From assembly GCF_037042905.1 (NCBI RefSeq), contig NC_087250.1:10108001-10172000 (forward strand): a DNA stretch of 64,000 nt, read 5' to 3'. The stretch's first letter is position 1; each line of letters starts with the position of its first letter. This DNA comes from Lytechinus pictus. Its lineage: Eukaryota. Made by a program: the position numbers and the translations under genes. Below are positions 12,839 to 26,543 of this stretch, piece after piece. Below the pieces are notes generated by a model. That model worked only from the letters and a program-made list of their open reading frames with translations, ran no database searches and was not told the DNA's origin.

Positions 12839-15800
12839 AGGGGTACTCCAGGCTAAAGTTAATAGGATTTTAAACAGATAAAGAAAAATCAGACAAACAA
12901 AACACTGAAAATTTAATCAAAATCGGACAAGGAATAACGAAGTAATGACGTTTTAAGTTTTGCATTTTCCGGTGAAACAGTTCTAGGCAGTGTTGTACTG
13001 CCTTGATGCTCGGCCTTGGCTTTAAGGCCTACTTTTTCAAAGCCTTGGCCTTGAGAGGGCCTTGGCCTTGAGGATTTTGAGCCTTGAAATATCAAGGCAT
13101 TTTCAAGGCATTTTCAAGGCTTTTTCAAGGTAGCACTAGCTGCAGCAGTAGTAAGTGTACTAGCAGTGCCATCAATTGTAATTATCACCATTATCAAGGA
13201 TTACCATCACATATTTAACAAAGACAACAGCAGTGATGAAAAATAACATTATTTGGTAATGTGCTGTAATCATGACTAATGATGATAATGACCATATTAA
13301 TAATGATAATGATGGCAACAATGATTATGATAAAGATGTGATTTGATGACAAGAATAATTCTGACAGATCTGACTGCAATTTTGACAGCATGATATCATT
13401 ATATAGTCTACAGAATGATATCATGGTTGATTTCTATTCCATTATGATTTTGTTTGGCCAACAAGAATGTTTTTAGTCTGAAATATATTTGAAAAGATTT
13501 GGTAAACTTGAACACAATCTTCAATTTTGTCATAGGTTATGTCAATAGGTTATGGCATGATGAGCCAAAAATTTTGAGGGGCCAAGCTTGGTATGCAGAG
13601 CCAATTTTTTGCCCCAAAAAGTTGAGAGCCATTAAAGCGAGCGAGCGAGCAAAATTTTTCACCCTCTTACTATAAGAAAAGCTAATTTTGTGATAGATTG
13701 TGACAATATGTTTAGAAAAAGATATAACATTTATTCCTTTTTCTTTCCTTTTTTTCTCCTTTTCTAAGTTTATTCTAGGTGGTGGAACTTCTTTTTTTTT
13801 TTTTGGGGGGGGGGGTTCTGATATGGAATGGGAAGAGAAGGAGAGAGGAGAAGGGGGAGAAACATGTGAGGACGTAAGAAAGATGGGGTTACATATTTGG
13901 CTGGTTAGGAAGAATAAACTGCAAAATCAGTTAATATGTTGATAAGCAGTACATCTTTTTCTTAATTGTATATATTTTGTTTTGGGTCTAGTGGCTTAGA
14001 CTGACAAAACAAAGTAAAAAAAAGTGTTTACTTATATTTAATCATATGGTTCGACAGTAAATTTCATTTCACTACAGTTTCAAGGGGATAAACAACGTAT
14101 TTATTTTTGTGTCAATATGTTTCAAAAGAGAACTCTATTTTACTGTAATTAAGATATAACCTCCCCCAACTAAGGGTATGGGGTGCGCCCCGTTTATTTC
14201 ATATCCTTTTGAATATAACTTTATTTTGTAAAATAAGTGTAGAAAATACAAGAAATGATAATTGAAATTGAAAAGTGGTTGTAAGCAGAAAAAATCCATG
14301 AAAACTGACAAGATTCCTCAAAATGACTCATTTTCATGTCAGCATTTGATAATCTCAACTTGTGCTTTGTACTCTCTTGCCCCCCCCCAAAAAAAAAAAA
14401 TATTAAAAAAATACCTTTTTAATAGTAAAACATAATACATTTTAGGTTCGAAAATCACTAAATTTTGGATCGCGCTCGCATCAATTATTGTTAAGTGCGG
14501 TACTAATACTGTTCATGATTACAAAAATGTTTAGAATGTCCAGTTTTCAGATTGGAATATCACAAATTTTTGGCTTTCGTTCTGCACTCGCATAAATTAT
14601 TGTTAAGTAATGTACTCGTTATGTTCCAGTTTAACCACAAAAATGCTTAGAATGTCCATTTTGAGGTTGGAGAATCACAAAGTTTTGAGCTTGCACTTTG
14701 CGCTCGCATTATTTGATTGGTGAGTTATGTATCTTATTTATGAGTCACTAAATGCAGGCCTTAACAGGTTCCTTTTCTGATCAGTATATTACAAATTTCA
14801 GCTCGCGCTGCGCACTCGCGTTTACTCTTTAGTTAGATACACATCTTTTTCATAAAAGAGCTCAGAACAGCTCAGAATATTTAATGTTTATGTCTTATTA
14901 CAAAATGTCCAGAAGTTTGAGCTCGTGATACACGCTGGTAACATCTCGCAAGGATGCCCTTTTAACAGTGATTAGCGCCATAATTGACAAAAAATCAAGT
15001 TTTACGAGTTCAGAATTGATTTTTTTTTCAAAACCGCTTGCTCGCTACGCTTCCTCGCGGAAAAGTAAAGCCTAAAATAAAATATCTAACTTATCAATTA
15101 GAAATCACTTTAAAAAGGCTTTGCTCAACTTAATTTCTGCAAAACACACAACTACTTCACACATTTGATAAATCTTTTTGCACCAAAATGCAAATTTTTT
15201 ACATAAAAGTGCCCTTTTGGGCTTTGACCTCCCCCCCCCCCCCCCCGAAACAAAAATATTTTCTGCCACCCCTGTCCAAGAGAGTGGAGAAAGGCATACT
15301 TTGAGAATGGGCATGGCAGGATCAGATGACATTGGTAATTATTATTGCGATGTAAATCGCCTAGAAAAATAATGTATTTCATGTACGAAGGTAACTATAT
15401 TATAATTTTAATATTATGTCTAAATCTATCATGAAATTATTTTTTTTACATGTACAAGGGTCAAAAATTTTGCTTGCTCACACCTTTTATACATCTTGCC
15501 CTGTGTGTCATGTATGCCGACTAAGCATTGTTGGCTCATTGTTCCATAAATCGGAAGTTTGAAATGCCTTGGCCTTGGCCTTGACCTTGACCTTGACCTT
15601 GAGGTTTTCAGGTTTTGGCCTTGGCCTTGGATTTTCATGCCTTGGCCTTGGGTATTGAAGCCTTGGCCTTGGCCTTGGAGGTTTGGGCCTTGACTACAAC
15701 ACTGGTTCTAGGCATGTCTTCATGAATATTCAATGAGCAAATAGATGATGTCATATCCCCATTTGTTCTTTTGTATTTTATTATATTAAATTAGGTTAAT

Positions 15801-16060
15801 TCAAAAATGTTCCTCCAAGAACTACAAAGATTGGATTCACAACTGATTTAGTGCATTAGATATTCATTGCTGCAACTTTTTCCATTATAATGGAGACATA
15901 CTATTCACACATGTATGAAATAATGAAACAATTAAGATTTCATGTAATGACGTAAGAAAGGGGAAAGTAGGGATGTGACATCATCAGCCAACCTAATGAA
16001 TATTCATGACGACGTGCAAATAACTTTTTACAAAATATTGCTCAACTGTAAAATTCAATA
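12839..16060. mobile_element. Kolobok-like (TTAA) element in SLC16 intron 3, split by a hAT insertion
   Basis: TTAA|AGGGGTACTCCAGGCT start; the sequence resumes after 15712; a similar end sits at about 33470-33555; right terminus not seen. Confidence 0.55.
12988..15704. mobile_element. Non-autonomous hAT element, 2.7 kb
   Basis: CAGTGTTGTA...TACAACACTG TIRs, exact 8-bp TSD GTTCTAGG, subterminal CCTTG(G/A) arrays, no transposase ORF. Confidence 0.9.
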
Positions 16061-16976
16061 AAGGGTATTGTGGTTTGCGATGCATCTCGAATATTTTGTG
16101 GGCAAGTCGTTTTACTAAAACTACATTGTGTCTTATCGTGCCAAGTATCAGTCCCTAGTTCAAAGTTGATTTCTGATTTTATTCACTGAGTCTACTTTAG
16201 TCCCGCCGTTCTCACTGCACCCATAAGATTGCATCCCTGAAATATGTAAATACCCTAAATGTCAGTCAGGAAATGATTTTCTACCACTGACATTTTCTGA
16301 CTGTTGTGGCCCCTTTAAACCGCGATTTGTCTTTAGGTCATCTTAGCAATTACTTCCCAGACGCCTTCCAATTTTTTCGTAAGACAACGTGCTGTCCGTC
16401 CTGCGACACTCACATTCGACAATGACCTCTAATCTTTCCATTGTGATTTGACTGTCATTTTCAGTACATTTTCAACGTTCCAAAAAGCGTCTGCGAAATG
16501 GATGCTAAAATACGCCATTAGATCAATAACGCACGGAACTGAGTGTGTGAGTGGAAATCCCGTACACGTGAGTTTTTTATTCTTCTTCTTCTTGTTATTA
16601 TTATTAACGTTTTAACTGTGGATGGGCGGTTTAAAATTAGTGCACAGTGTGCACCAATTCAAGAACCCAAATTTTTTTCCGTAGGCCTATACTTTTATAC
16701 ATAAGATCGTAAATGTATTATTTTTATAGGACATCGCAGAAAACTCGGGACTCTAAAAGTTATAAGCAATGGTAAAATTTGTGGTGCGTTCCTTCAATTT
16801 TACATTAGCACTGGTCATGTTTTCGGTCCACCTACTTTTGCGTCTTGTGACCAATCGCGATCCTTGAAATGATACATATTTTGTAAAGTGGCAGTGCCGT
16901 TCAAATCTGTTCAGAAGAACAAAATCGTGATACTCAGTATGGAATGGACTCCTGTCATGCCGAAGGCTCCACTTAC

Positions 16977-17930
16977 CTGTCAATAACCCTCCACATGCAA
17001 TGCCGACGCCGCACATGAAGCTGTAAAGCGACAAGGCTATGTCAAAATTCGCCTCGTCACAGACCGCTTTCTTGGACAGGCTGATATACACATTGTCCTC
17101 GATGAAAAAGCAGAGCCCCTGTGTAAATGCCAGGACAGCCCGAATAGGATAATCGGAGCCGATGAAATCCAACAACAAGGAGACAGTACAGATTGTACCT
17201 ACGATGATATACACGACTAAATCATTGGCGCCATGTTTGAGGAGGATCATGAGGACGGAGCGACCAATCACGCCAGCTATACCGCCGATTGTAGATAGAT
17301 AGATAGCTCTGGGTGGAGGAATACCCAACTCCTCGGCATGGGAAACCAGAAACAGCATCCAGGCATAGATTATATAATTCATCAAGAACGCAATCGGAAT
17401 TGAAACAACGAAGATCCTTTCCTGGAGTAGTCCGTGACACAGAACCGCTGGCGCGTTTCGGGCAGGGACAGGCTCGCATTGGACCAACCGTCTTTTCTCT
17501 TGGCAGGTTTCTTTGCAATTCTCATCCTCTCGTTCCTCCCCCTGTGATTCCTCCTCCTTCTTCCCTTCCTCCTCCCAGTGAAGATGCATATCCGTCTCGT
17601 TCATCAATTCGCCATTTTGATTCCCACGCTTGTGTTTACTCTCCGCATTCCCATGGTTGTTGGATCCGCCAGTTCTGCTAGCATCTCCGTTGCCTACCGC
17701 CTTCCGAATCGCAGCGCCGCATACGAGTGTATGAAGTGTAATAGCACCGAGAATGAGGAAGGCACCTTCGTATCCATAAGCTTGAAGCGATTTTTCAATC
17801 ACAATAGGCATCAACATAGAACCTAATGTGTAGTCATATGAAGTTAATGTGCTCCAAAAAACAAAATGTTCTTGAAAGGAGTCGTTCAGTGCGAGGTTTA
17901 ATGGTGTGAAGGTCATTGAAAATCCAGCAC
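16977..17930 (-). CDS. SLC16-family gene, coding exon 3
   Basis: TTTTTCAG acceptor, G|GTAAGT donor, 954 nt phase 1-1; contains YGYEGAFLILGAITLHTLVCGAAIR (MCT TM6 motif), a charged central loop and TM7-11. Confidence 0.93.
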
Positions 17931-18927
17931 CTGAAAAATAAAATGTTGATGAGGGTATTAATAATGATAGTATAATATAATTGATGATATAATAATGATG
18001 ATGCTAATAATAATAATAAGAAGAAGAATATTGCTTAAAAATAAATAACATTAATGATAATGATAATAAATTATAATAATTACAATTATATTATTAATAA
18101 CAATATAGCACCATTTATCGAGAGTCAGAACTAAGAAACCACGTGAAAGGTCAGGTTCTTGACGGTAAAGGTTGGTCTCAGACGTAAACAGTATATGAAT
18201 ATAAAAACATCATGACAACGAGGATAATAAGAATGATAAGAAGAAGAAGGAGGAGGTGAAGAAAATATATAATAATACAAAAAAATACCTATAGTAACAA
18301 TAATGATAATGATAATAAATTATAATTATATTGATTACAATTATAATATTATTAATAACAATGGTATTGATAATTGTAACAGACATTTATATAGCGCCAT
18401 TTATCGAGAGTCACAACTACGAGACCATGTGAAAGGTCAGGTTCTTGACGGTAAAGGTTGGTCTCAGACGTACAAACAGTATATGAATGATACACGTCTG
18501 TAGAAACCCAATAATACACTCACATCCACGCCCACACTCAAATGCCCCCACACACAAGAGCACATTATCCTTCTATGATTATTCTCAATTGCTACCCAAT
18601 ATGTTTTATTCTTCATTATACATGAGCAAATATTCGTGCTACACATAGAATGTGATAAATTATATACAATCTGTAATAATTTTTTTGTATATTCAACATC
18701 CATATTTTACTACATATACCACATGTGTGATAATTATACCACCGGAAGATGAATTACGTATTTTAATCATTTTGGGGGCCTAGAAAGTTTCTATATAACC
18801 TGTGTTTATTTTTTTAATCATTTTTTTGTTATCCATATGAATAATGATAACATATTCAACATTAATCAGCATTCTGGATTATTGTTCTTATTTATCAACA
18901 ACTTTGTCATGTTAACTGAGGTCCTTA

Positions 18928-19089
18928 CACTCTAAGAAACGGAGAGCTAAGTTAGCTCTTAAAGAGCGTGACTGCACTTCCGAGTGCTGATTTGGTTTAG
19001 TTCAAATTTGAACGAGAAAAATCAGCAGTCACTATACACGCTCATTAAGAGCTAAATTAGCTCTTTGTAGCTCTTCGTTTTTTAGAGTG
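18928..19089. mobile_element. CACT-ended MITE close to the SLC16 exon 2 donor
   Basis: CACTCTAAGAAACG...CGTTTTTTAGAGTG inverted ends. Confidence 0.7.
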
Positions 19090-19105
19090 CAAGAAATACA
19101 CCTAC

Positions 19106-19246
19106 CTGCTAGAGCGAGAAAGACTCCGATCGCAATTGTGTTTCTCAGGAAAGCGCAGGCAATAATACATAGACCAGACAAAAGACCCCCTGACATAGCA
19201 ACAGACCGGTGGTTGGCTAGCCGGAGAGCGAGTGTTACAAATGGAC
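19106..19246 (-). CDS. SLC16-family gene, coding exon 2
   Basis: TTAG acceptor, G|GTAGGT donor, 141 nt phase 1-1; (C)PFVTLALRLANHRSVAMSGGLLSGLCIIACAFLRNTIAIGVFLALA matches the MCT TM2-TM4 pattern. Confidence 0.9.
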
Positions 19247-19788
19247 CTAATATTGTGAGAAAATGGACGAGAACACGTGGTACAATAAGCACGACGATTC
19301 ATGAACGTCATTGGGCAAAATGCATATTTGAAGGGTAAATTTCAACTCAACATTGCTTGAAATTTTCCAAAATATTTAGTATGTTTTGCAATTATTTTAA
19401 TCATATTTTATTGACTGCGTAAGTGTTTTTCATGGCAAACTTATTAGTTTTTGTCTTTTTATATATTAAGTTTTACAATTCATCGTGTAAATTTAGTGGT
19501 CTAGACTTACTTGATGTAGTTTGTAGATTTCTATAGGTGTTTTTTCATAGATGTACATTGTCTTCAATTACTGATGTAAGGACCCCATTGGAAATAAGCC
19601 ATCTCGGCTTTCATGGGTAATCCTGTCAAGGTATACACTTCTGTTTATAATTTCCTTGTACTTGTAACATAGTTACCTGACAAATAAAATCAATCAAAAA
19701 CCCAACAAACATGCATGTTCCCATTTTACCCAATATTGGGTAAACTTTTTAGAGTGTTTACAGTAAGTGTAATAAACAGAATTCTTAC

Positions 19789-19984
19789 ATAGAATATACG
19801 TGATGGTCGGCGGCATGCTACAGATTAGTCCTACCGTTGCGTAGTCCGACTGAAGACGCTCGACCATCGTAGGAATAAGAACACCGAATGATTTCTCTAT
19901 TCCGCTATCAATAAACAACATTGTGAACTTGCTTAGAACGATCAAGTATTTCCAGTTTCCAACGCCAGTGTTTGCCTCGGCCAT
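19789..19984 (-). CDS. SLC16 (monocarboxylate transporter family) gene, coding exon 1
   Basis: ATG at 19984; MAEANTGVGNWKYLIVLSKFTMLFIDSGIEKSFGVLIPTMVERLQSDYATVGLICSMPPTITYIL resembles SLC16 TM1-2 (KSFGV motif); donor T|GTAAGA; 196 nt, phase 1. Confidence 0.9.
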
Positions 19985-21499
19985 TTTTTGAAGCTCAATC
20001 CAGAAGCAGTAGTCCCTGAAAAGCACGGTTGTGACCTATAGCTGCCATTCCAAAACCTACAATTAATAAGTCGCCAGATATGATTTTTTTTTTTATAGTG
20101 CTCACTCAAGCACGAGGTGTCCACACTGTGCATAGTTCCAAGCAGCATAGGCCTAATACGCAAAAAAAATGTACTAAACAAACTCTCGTATTTTTTTTTT
20201 TTTTTACTTTTCGGAGACAAGATTATCAGTTTAGCTATTCACAATGAACCTTTCATGGCGATGTATTGTTGGTTGGGGGGGGGGGGGTCACTGGTCACAA
20301 CTGATTGGCTCTCTATGCACCATCATGTAGGCCTATGGCGCAATTTTTTATATCAGTTTTGAAACGTCACGCAGAGTGCACAACCACACAGTACCATTGA
20401 AAATATTTTCAAAAGATGGCTGAAAGTCAGTCAGAGTTTCGATGAAATCAGGGCATCGCTTTTATTATGAGTTGGTAACCTTGGACAATGGTGGACTTGT
20501 AGTTCTACAGTGCGTATAAAAAAAAGTGTACACTTTGAAAAAGCTCTGGGAATTAAAAAATATACAACATGTGGGTAATTTTTTCACATATAATCTTGGG
20601 TTTGGGTCTCATCTATCAAATGAAAGTAAAAGTTTTGACAGAATGTTACACTTGAGTGAGCACTTTCCATTTTTGTAAAGCTCGCAGAAGTCTGTTTGCG
20701 CAGAAATGCTCGTTTTTACGCTTTGTCAAGGGGAAAGGGCGAAATCAAACTTACCTTGCGAAACATTTCTCATACATTTCCCTTGCACTTTCAGTCAATT
20801 GAAAAAAAGCGGATACATTCAAGCATTTTGTAACAATTTTCCACCCAAATTGAAATTTCAACACTTAGTAAGCACAACCTTTACCATTTTTGTGCCAGCT
20901 GGATCTGAGGACATAACTGAATCTGAACAAAAGTTTATATCAAACATCTCCAGCATTTTTTCACTAAGTTTTTATCATTTAAAGTGGGTTTACATTTCCA
21001 TTTAATACCTGTTTCCACTAGCGTACCTAAGGGGGGCAGGGGGCAGACTGCCCCCCCCCCCCCCTGACGAGTCACAAGCAAAAAAAAAGAAGCGAAAAAA
21101 AGGGAAAGAAAAAAGAAAAGAGGGAAAAAAGGGGGAAGGGGAAAAAGAAGAAAGAGGTTAAGAGAAAGGGGAAAACAAAAACTGGACTGCAGACTGTCGG
21201 AAAAAATGATAAACTGTCGAGCACACGGGGCTGTTCCAACTGATTTGTTTTTTAGTTCCACCATCTTTTTCGGTAAATGTCAATTTAACTGTACACTTTT
21301 ATCGGTAAATTGTGATTTTACGCAATGCGACTATTAGAGCTCTCTGTGCATGGACTGGGCTGACCAGGGACAGGAAAAGGGTAGAGAACAACTTTTAGGT
21401 AATATAATTATAACAATAAAAATTTCGCTCGCGCTACGCGCTCTCATCATTTTTTTAGTTGGGTAGTACTGAGTACCTAAGATAAAAGTTTAGTTTTCA

Positions 21500-22760
21500 G
21501 GTTTGAATATCAAAAAATCAATTGATTAGTTAGAAACCAATTTGTTCATGGTTACTAAAAGTGCTTAGAATATCCAGTTCTTAAGTCGGAATATCAAAAA
21601 TTTTAGCTCGCGCTTTGCGCCCGCACGACTCTTTAGATACCCAACTTATAAAACTGCTTAGAATGTCTAGTGTCCAGTTAGGAATATCAAACTTTTAGCT
21701 CGCGCTTCGCGCTCGCATAATTTATTAAGGAAGATACCCATCCTATTCATAGTTGAGTGCACAAAATGTATCGTTTTAGGTCTAATTTTTTAGAAAATTT
21801 CAGCTCGCGCTTCGCGCTCGCATCAATTAATTATTCAGTTAGAAACCAATTTGTTTATGGTTACTAAAAGTGCTTAGAATATTCAGTTCTTAAGTTGGAA
21901 TATCAAAAGTTTTAGCTCGCGCTTTGCGCCCGCACGACTCTAAAGATACACATCTTGTAAAACTAATTAGACGATCTCGTGTCCAGTTAGGAATATCAAA
22001 ATATAAAGCTCGCGCTTCGCGCTCGCATAATTTATTAAGGAAGATACCCATCCTACTCATAGTTAAGTGCACAAATGTATCGTTTTAGGTCTAAATTTTA
22101 AGAAAATTTCAGCTCGCGCTTCGCGCTCGCATCAATTAATTATTCAGTTAGAAACCAGTTTGTTTATGGTTACTAAAAGTGCTTAGAATATCCAGTTCTT
22201 AAGTTGGAATATCAAAAGTTTTAGCTCGCGCTTTGCGCCCGCACGACTCTTTAGATACCCAACTTATAAAACTGCTTAGAATGTCTAGTGTCCAGTTAGG
22301 AATATCAAAATATAAAGCTCGCGCTTCGCGCTCGCATAATTTATTAAGGAAGATACCCATCCTTTTCATAGTTAAGTGCACAAATGTATCGTTTTAGGTC
22401 TAAATTTTAAGAAAATTTCAGCTCGCGCTTCGCGCTCGCATCAATTAATTATTCAGTTAGAAACCAATTTGTTTATGGTTACTAAAAGTGCTTAGAATAT
22501 TCACTTCTTAAGTTGGAATATCAAAAGTTTTAGCTCGCGCTTTGCGCCCGCACGACTCTTTAGATACCCATTTTGTAAAACTGATTAAAATGTCTAGTGT
22601 CCAGTTAGGAATATCAATTTTTTTAGCTCGCGCTTCGCGCTCGCATAATTTATTAAGGAAGATATCCATCCTATTCATAGTTAAGTGCATAAAAAATTAT
22701 CGTTTTAGGTCAAAATTTTTAGAAAATTTCAGCTCGTGTTTTGCGCTCGCACTTATTATT
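21500..22760. repeat. About 309-bp tandem satellite, about 4 copies
   Basis: Repeated ORFs at 21890, 22199 and 22508 give a 309-bp period; GCTCGCGCTTCGCGCTCGCA subunits; degenerate relative at about 14460-15060. Confidence 0.9.
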
Positions 22761-24525
22761 TTCATATAATTTTAGTTATAGGCACGTGCAATTGAAAGTG
22801 AAGAATTTTGGGGGGTGGGGCTTGTCAAATTTTTGTAAACAAAATGTCCCCCTTGAAAATCCAGGATCTGCCCCTGGGTTGGATATAGATGAGTACTGTT
22901 CGTCGGACGTCAGTAATCGGTACTGATATCTGTCGGGTAAAGGCCTCGCTATACCCCTGCTTACACATTCCTCTGGTTATTACCGTCCCCCCTTTCTATC
23001 CTATGTACCTGATCCCAGGCCTTCCTCCGCCTATCTATCTTTTCCAATTTCAATTCCCTCAACCTTCTGACATTCCTGCCAGTGAGTGAGTGATTTTCCT
23101 CATATCTAGTGATATATCATGTTACTGTCGCATATATTTTCACGTTCATATTTTTTTTCATGAGTGAATGGATGCATTTATTTTTGTTTTAACTGTGTAT
23201 ATGGAAATAAAACCAATGCAAATCAATACATGAATACAACTGATTTCACTGTCAAATACCTCTTTTATAACGTCTCCAAATGAGCAGAATTGTGAACATA
23301 ATGTAAATACCTTCAAAGAGGAATAAAAGAAGTATTTTAATATAAACATTGCAATTACCACTTGATTAGTAAATCGATCACGATCCAATACATTTCACTT
23401 CTGGAATGATATACAAAAAATAATAATAATTTCGACAATAAAGTGCAATCGCCCGATAGCAAATATCAGTAGTAGCAAGATCCCAACTGTTTTATCCCAA
23501 TTGATTTATAAGAAGTTTTATTTCAATAATTAATATTATATGCTTTTTGTTCCATTTTAATTCATTATTATTTTTTGATTTTGTTAATGATTTGGGATAT
23601 CAAATATGTTGGAACGAATGATTTGTATGTGATATAATTCGTACTCTTAGCAAATAAGCTTCCATTACTTAACTTGTCGATATTTATTTTGTAAAATTTT
23701 ATACTTAAGTCTAGTATGATATGCTCATTGATAATTATATTCTTAATTTCCTTCATAAATTATGTTGAATTTTGTATTTACTATGTCAATGATATTATAC
23801 ATCTTAATTTATATTTCACAGTTATTGTATTGTCTACAGGATAGTTTTCCCATTTCATTATTTAAAAAAAAAATGAATACGGTACCGATCACCATTCTTT
23901 GAATCACTATTTCCTGTTTCGGCCGGAGAGCAATGGATTTGGTCCACTGATTCTATTGTTCTCTGGCGGAGGCAGGTAGTGGTGAGTCTGGGAATTGTGA
24001 CTGGTGGTGTATTTTATCTTTGAACAATTTTGTATTGGTGATAATTTTGATTTTAAATGTTATTGAATTCACTCATTACTGTACAGAACCCAAGTTACTC
24101 TTTTATCTATTATGTATATATTGTTATTTTATGTTAACAGGACCAGGCTGAAAAACAGTCAATCTGAGCCTGTTATCCTGTATAAAGATATTTTAATAAA
24201 AATTAAAAAAAACTTTCCCACCTTCAGTGCCACTTCTAGACCTACACATCCAAACGTGTATAGGGGGGGGGGGGCTGCAAAATGCAGGGCAACGAGGACT
24301 ACGAGGTGCCCAAATATCCTCGTGTATTGGTAATTTTATGACCGAATGTTTCATATCATGCAAAAAGGCTAAATAATAATTGAAAAAAATGTTCGCTCGC
24401 TCGAAAACTAAAAACTGTGAAGTTGATATTTGGGTAATGATTATCAGCCCCCTTGAAAAATTGTGCCTATACGTCCATGCCTACTACCCCACCCCCCCCC
24501 CCCCCCCTTGCTCATTTTGTCGCTT

Positions 24526-26543
24526 CCCAGGACCAAAATCCAGTTGAAACCAATTAGAGCAAAACCAATTGAAACCAGTTGGCCAACTGGTTTCAATAGG
24601 GAAATTGGAACAACTGGAACCAATTGAAACCAGTTGCCAACTGGTTCCAGTTAAAACCAATTGGGCAACTGGAACCAGTTGGCAATTGGTTTCAATTGGT
24701 TCCAGTTGAAACCATTTTAAGCAACCAGTTGGCAACTGGTTTCAATTGGTTCCAGTTGTTCCAATTTCCCTATTAAAACCAGTTGAATCCAATTGGAGGC
24801 AACTGGTTTCAATTGGTTCCAGTTGAAACCAATTGGAGGCAACTGGTTTCAACTGGATCCAGTTGAAACTAATTGGTTTCCAACTGGATCCAATTGGAAA
24901 TTCCAGTTGGAATGACTTAATTAATGACAAATTAATTAGAATTTGCACTAACTATTGCTCATGCCAACAAAGAAGCAGTGCTATATGTTTATTAATACCA
25001 ATGTAAAGGGCATTGATAAAATAGAATTTCTTCATGTATATATATTTATATGAAAGATCTTCAAATATATGTATTTGTATTTGATGTAATTTGGTAACAG
25101 TTAGTGGTGTACTAATTATCTTATAATCTGTTTTAATTATAATCTATAACATTTATGAACATGGTTTTCACTGCTAAGTATTCTAAACACTTATCTGAAA
25201 CAAGTATGGTACTTGAATTAGAAAAGAATTAAATAGATACATTTTAAATGATGATGAATCACATAAAACATTAATCTGTGCACACTGGCAGATAATATGC
25301 AAATTAACTGGTTTCAATTGGAACCAGTTGGGTAACTGGAAAATTTCCAATTGGAAACCGATTGGAAGTCATTTCCAGTTACCCAACTGGATCCAGTTAG
25401 GATTTCCAGTTACCCAACAGGTTCCAATTAGAATTAATTTCCAGTTAATCACCTTTCCAGTTAGAAGTCATCTCCAGTTACCCAATTGGTTCCAGTTAGG
25501 ATTTCCAGTTACCCAACTGGTTCCAATTAGAAATCATTTCCAGTTACCCAATTGGTTCCAGTTAGGATTTCCAGTTACCCAACTGGTTCCAGTTAGGATT
25601 TCCAGTTACCCAACTGGTTCCAGTTAGAAATCCTTTCCAGTTGGAAGTCATTTCCAGTTACCCAACTGGTTCCGGTTAGGATTTCCAGTTACCCAACTGG
25701 TTCCAGTTAGAAATCATTTCCAGTTGGAAGTCATTTCCAGTTTCCCAATTGGTTCCAGTTAGGATTTCCAGTTACCCAACTGGTTCCAGTTAGAAATCAT
25801 TTCCAGTTGGAAGTCATTTCCAGTTACCCAATTGGTTCCAGTTAGGATTTCCAGTTACCCAACTGGTTCCAGTTAGAAATCATTTCCAGTTGGAAGTCAT
25901 TTCCAGTTACCCAATTGGTTTCAGTTAGGATTTCCAGTTACCCAACTGGTTCCAGTTAGAAATCCTTTCGAGTTGGAAGTCATTTCCAGTTACCCAACTG
26001 GTTCCAGTTAGGATTTCCAGTTACCCAACTGGTTCCAGTTAGAAATCCTTTCCAGTTGGAAGCCATTTCCAGTTACCCAACTGGTTCCAGTTAGAAATCA
26101 TTTCCAGTTAGAAGTTATTTCCAGTTACCCAACTGGTTCCAGTTAGGATTTCCAGTTACCCAACTGGTTCCAGTTAGAAATCATTTCCAGTTGGAAGTCA
26201 TTTCCAGCTACCCAACTGGTTCCAGTTAGGATTTCCAGTTACCCAACTGGTTCCAGTTAGAAATCATTTCCAGTTAGAAGTCATTTCCAGCTACCCAACT
26301 GGTTCCAGTTAGGATTTCCAGTTACCCAATTGGTTCCAGTTAGAAATCATTTCCAGTTGGAAGTCATTTCCAGTTACCCAACTAGTTCCAGTTAGGATTT
26401 CCAGTTGCCCAACTGGTTTCAATTGGTTTCAACTGGAAATTGTTATATTCCAGTTAAAACCAATTGAAACCAGTTGAAACCAATTGAAACCAATTGAAAC
26501 CAGTTGGAAATCCAACTGGTTTCAATTGGATTTTGGTCCTGGG
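24526..26543. mobile_element. CCCAG-ended element with internal CCAGTT/AACTGG arrays (copy 1)
   Basis: CCCAGGACCAAAATCCA...TGGATTTTGGTCCTGGG TIRs with TT on both flanks; AT-rich core shared with copy 2. Confidence 0.85.

Noticed and set aside
16753..16976. C-terminal extension of the 387-aa ORF
   Set aside because: It lies past a strong GTAAGT donor; the true TM12 is in exon 12612-12754
21890..22690. Three near-identical 60-aa ORFs
   Set aside because: A by-product of the 309-bp satellite period, with no splice or homology support
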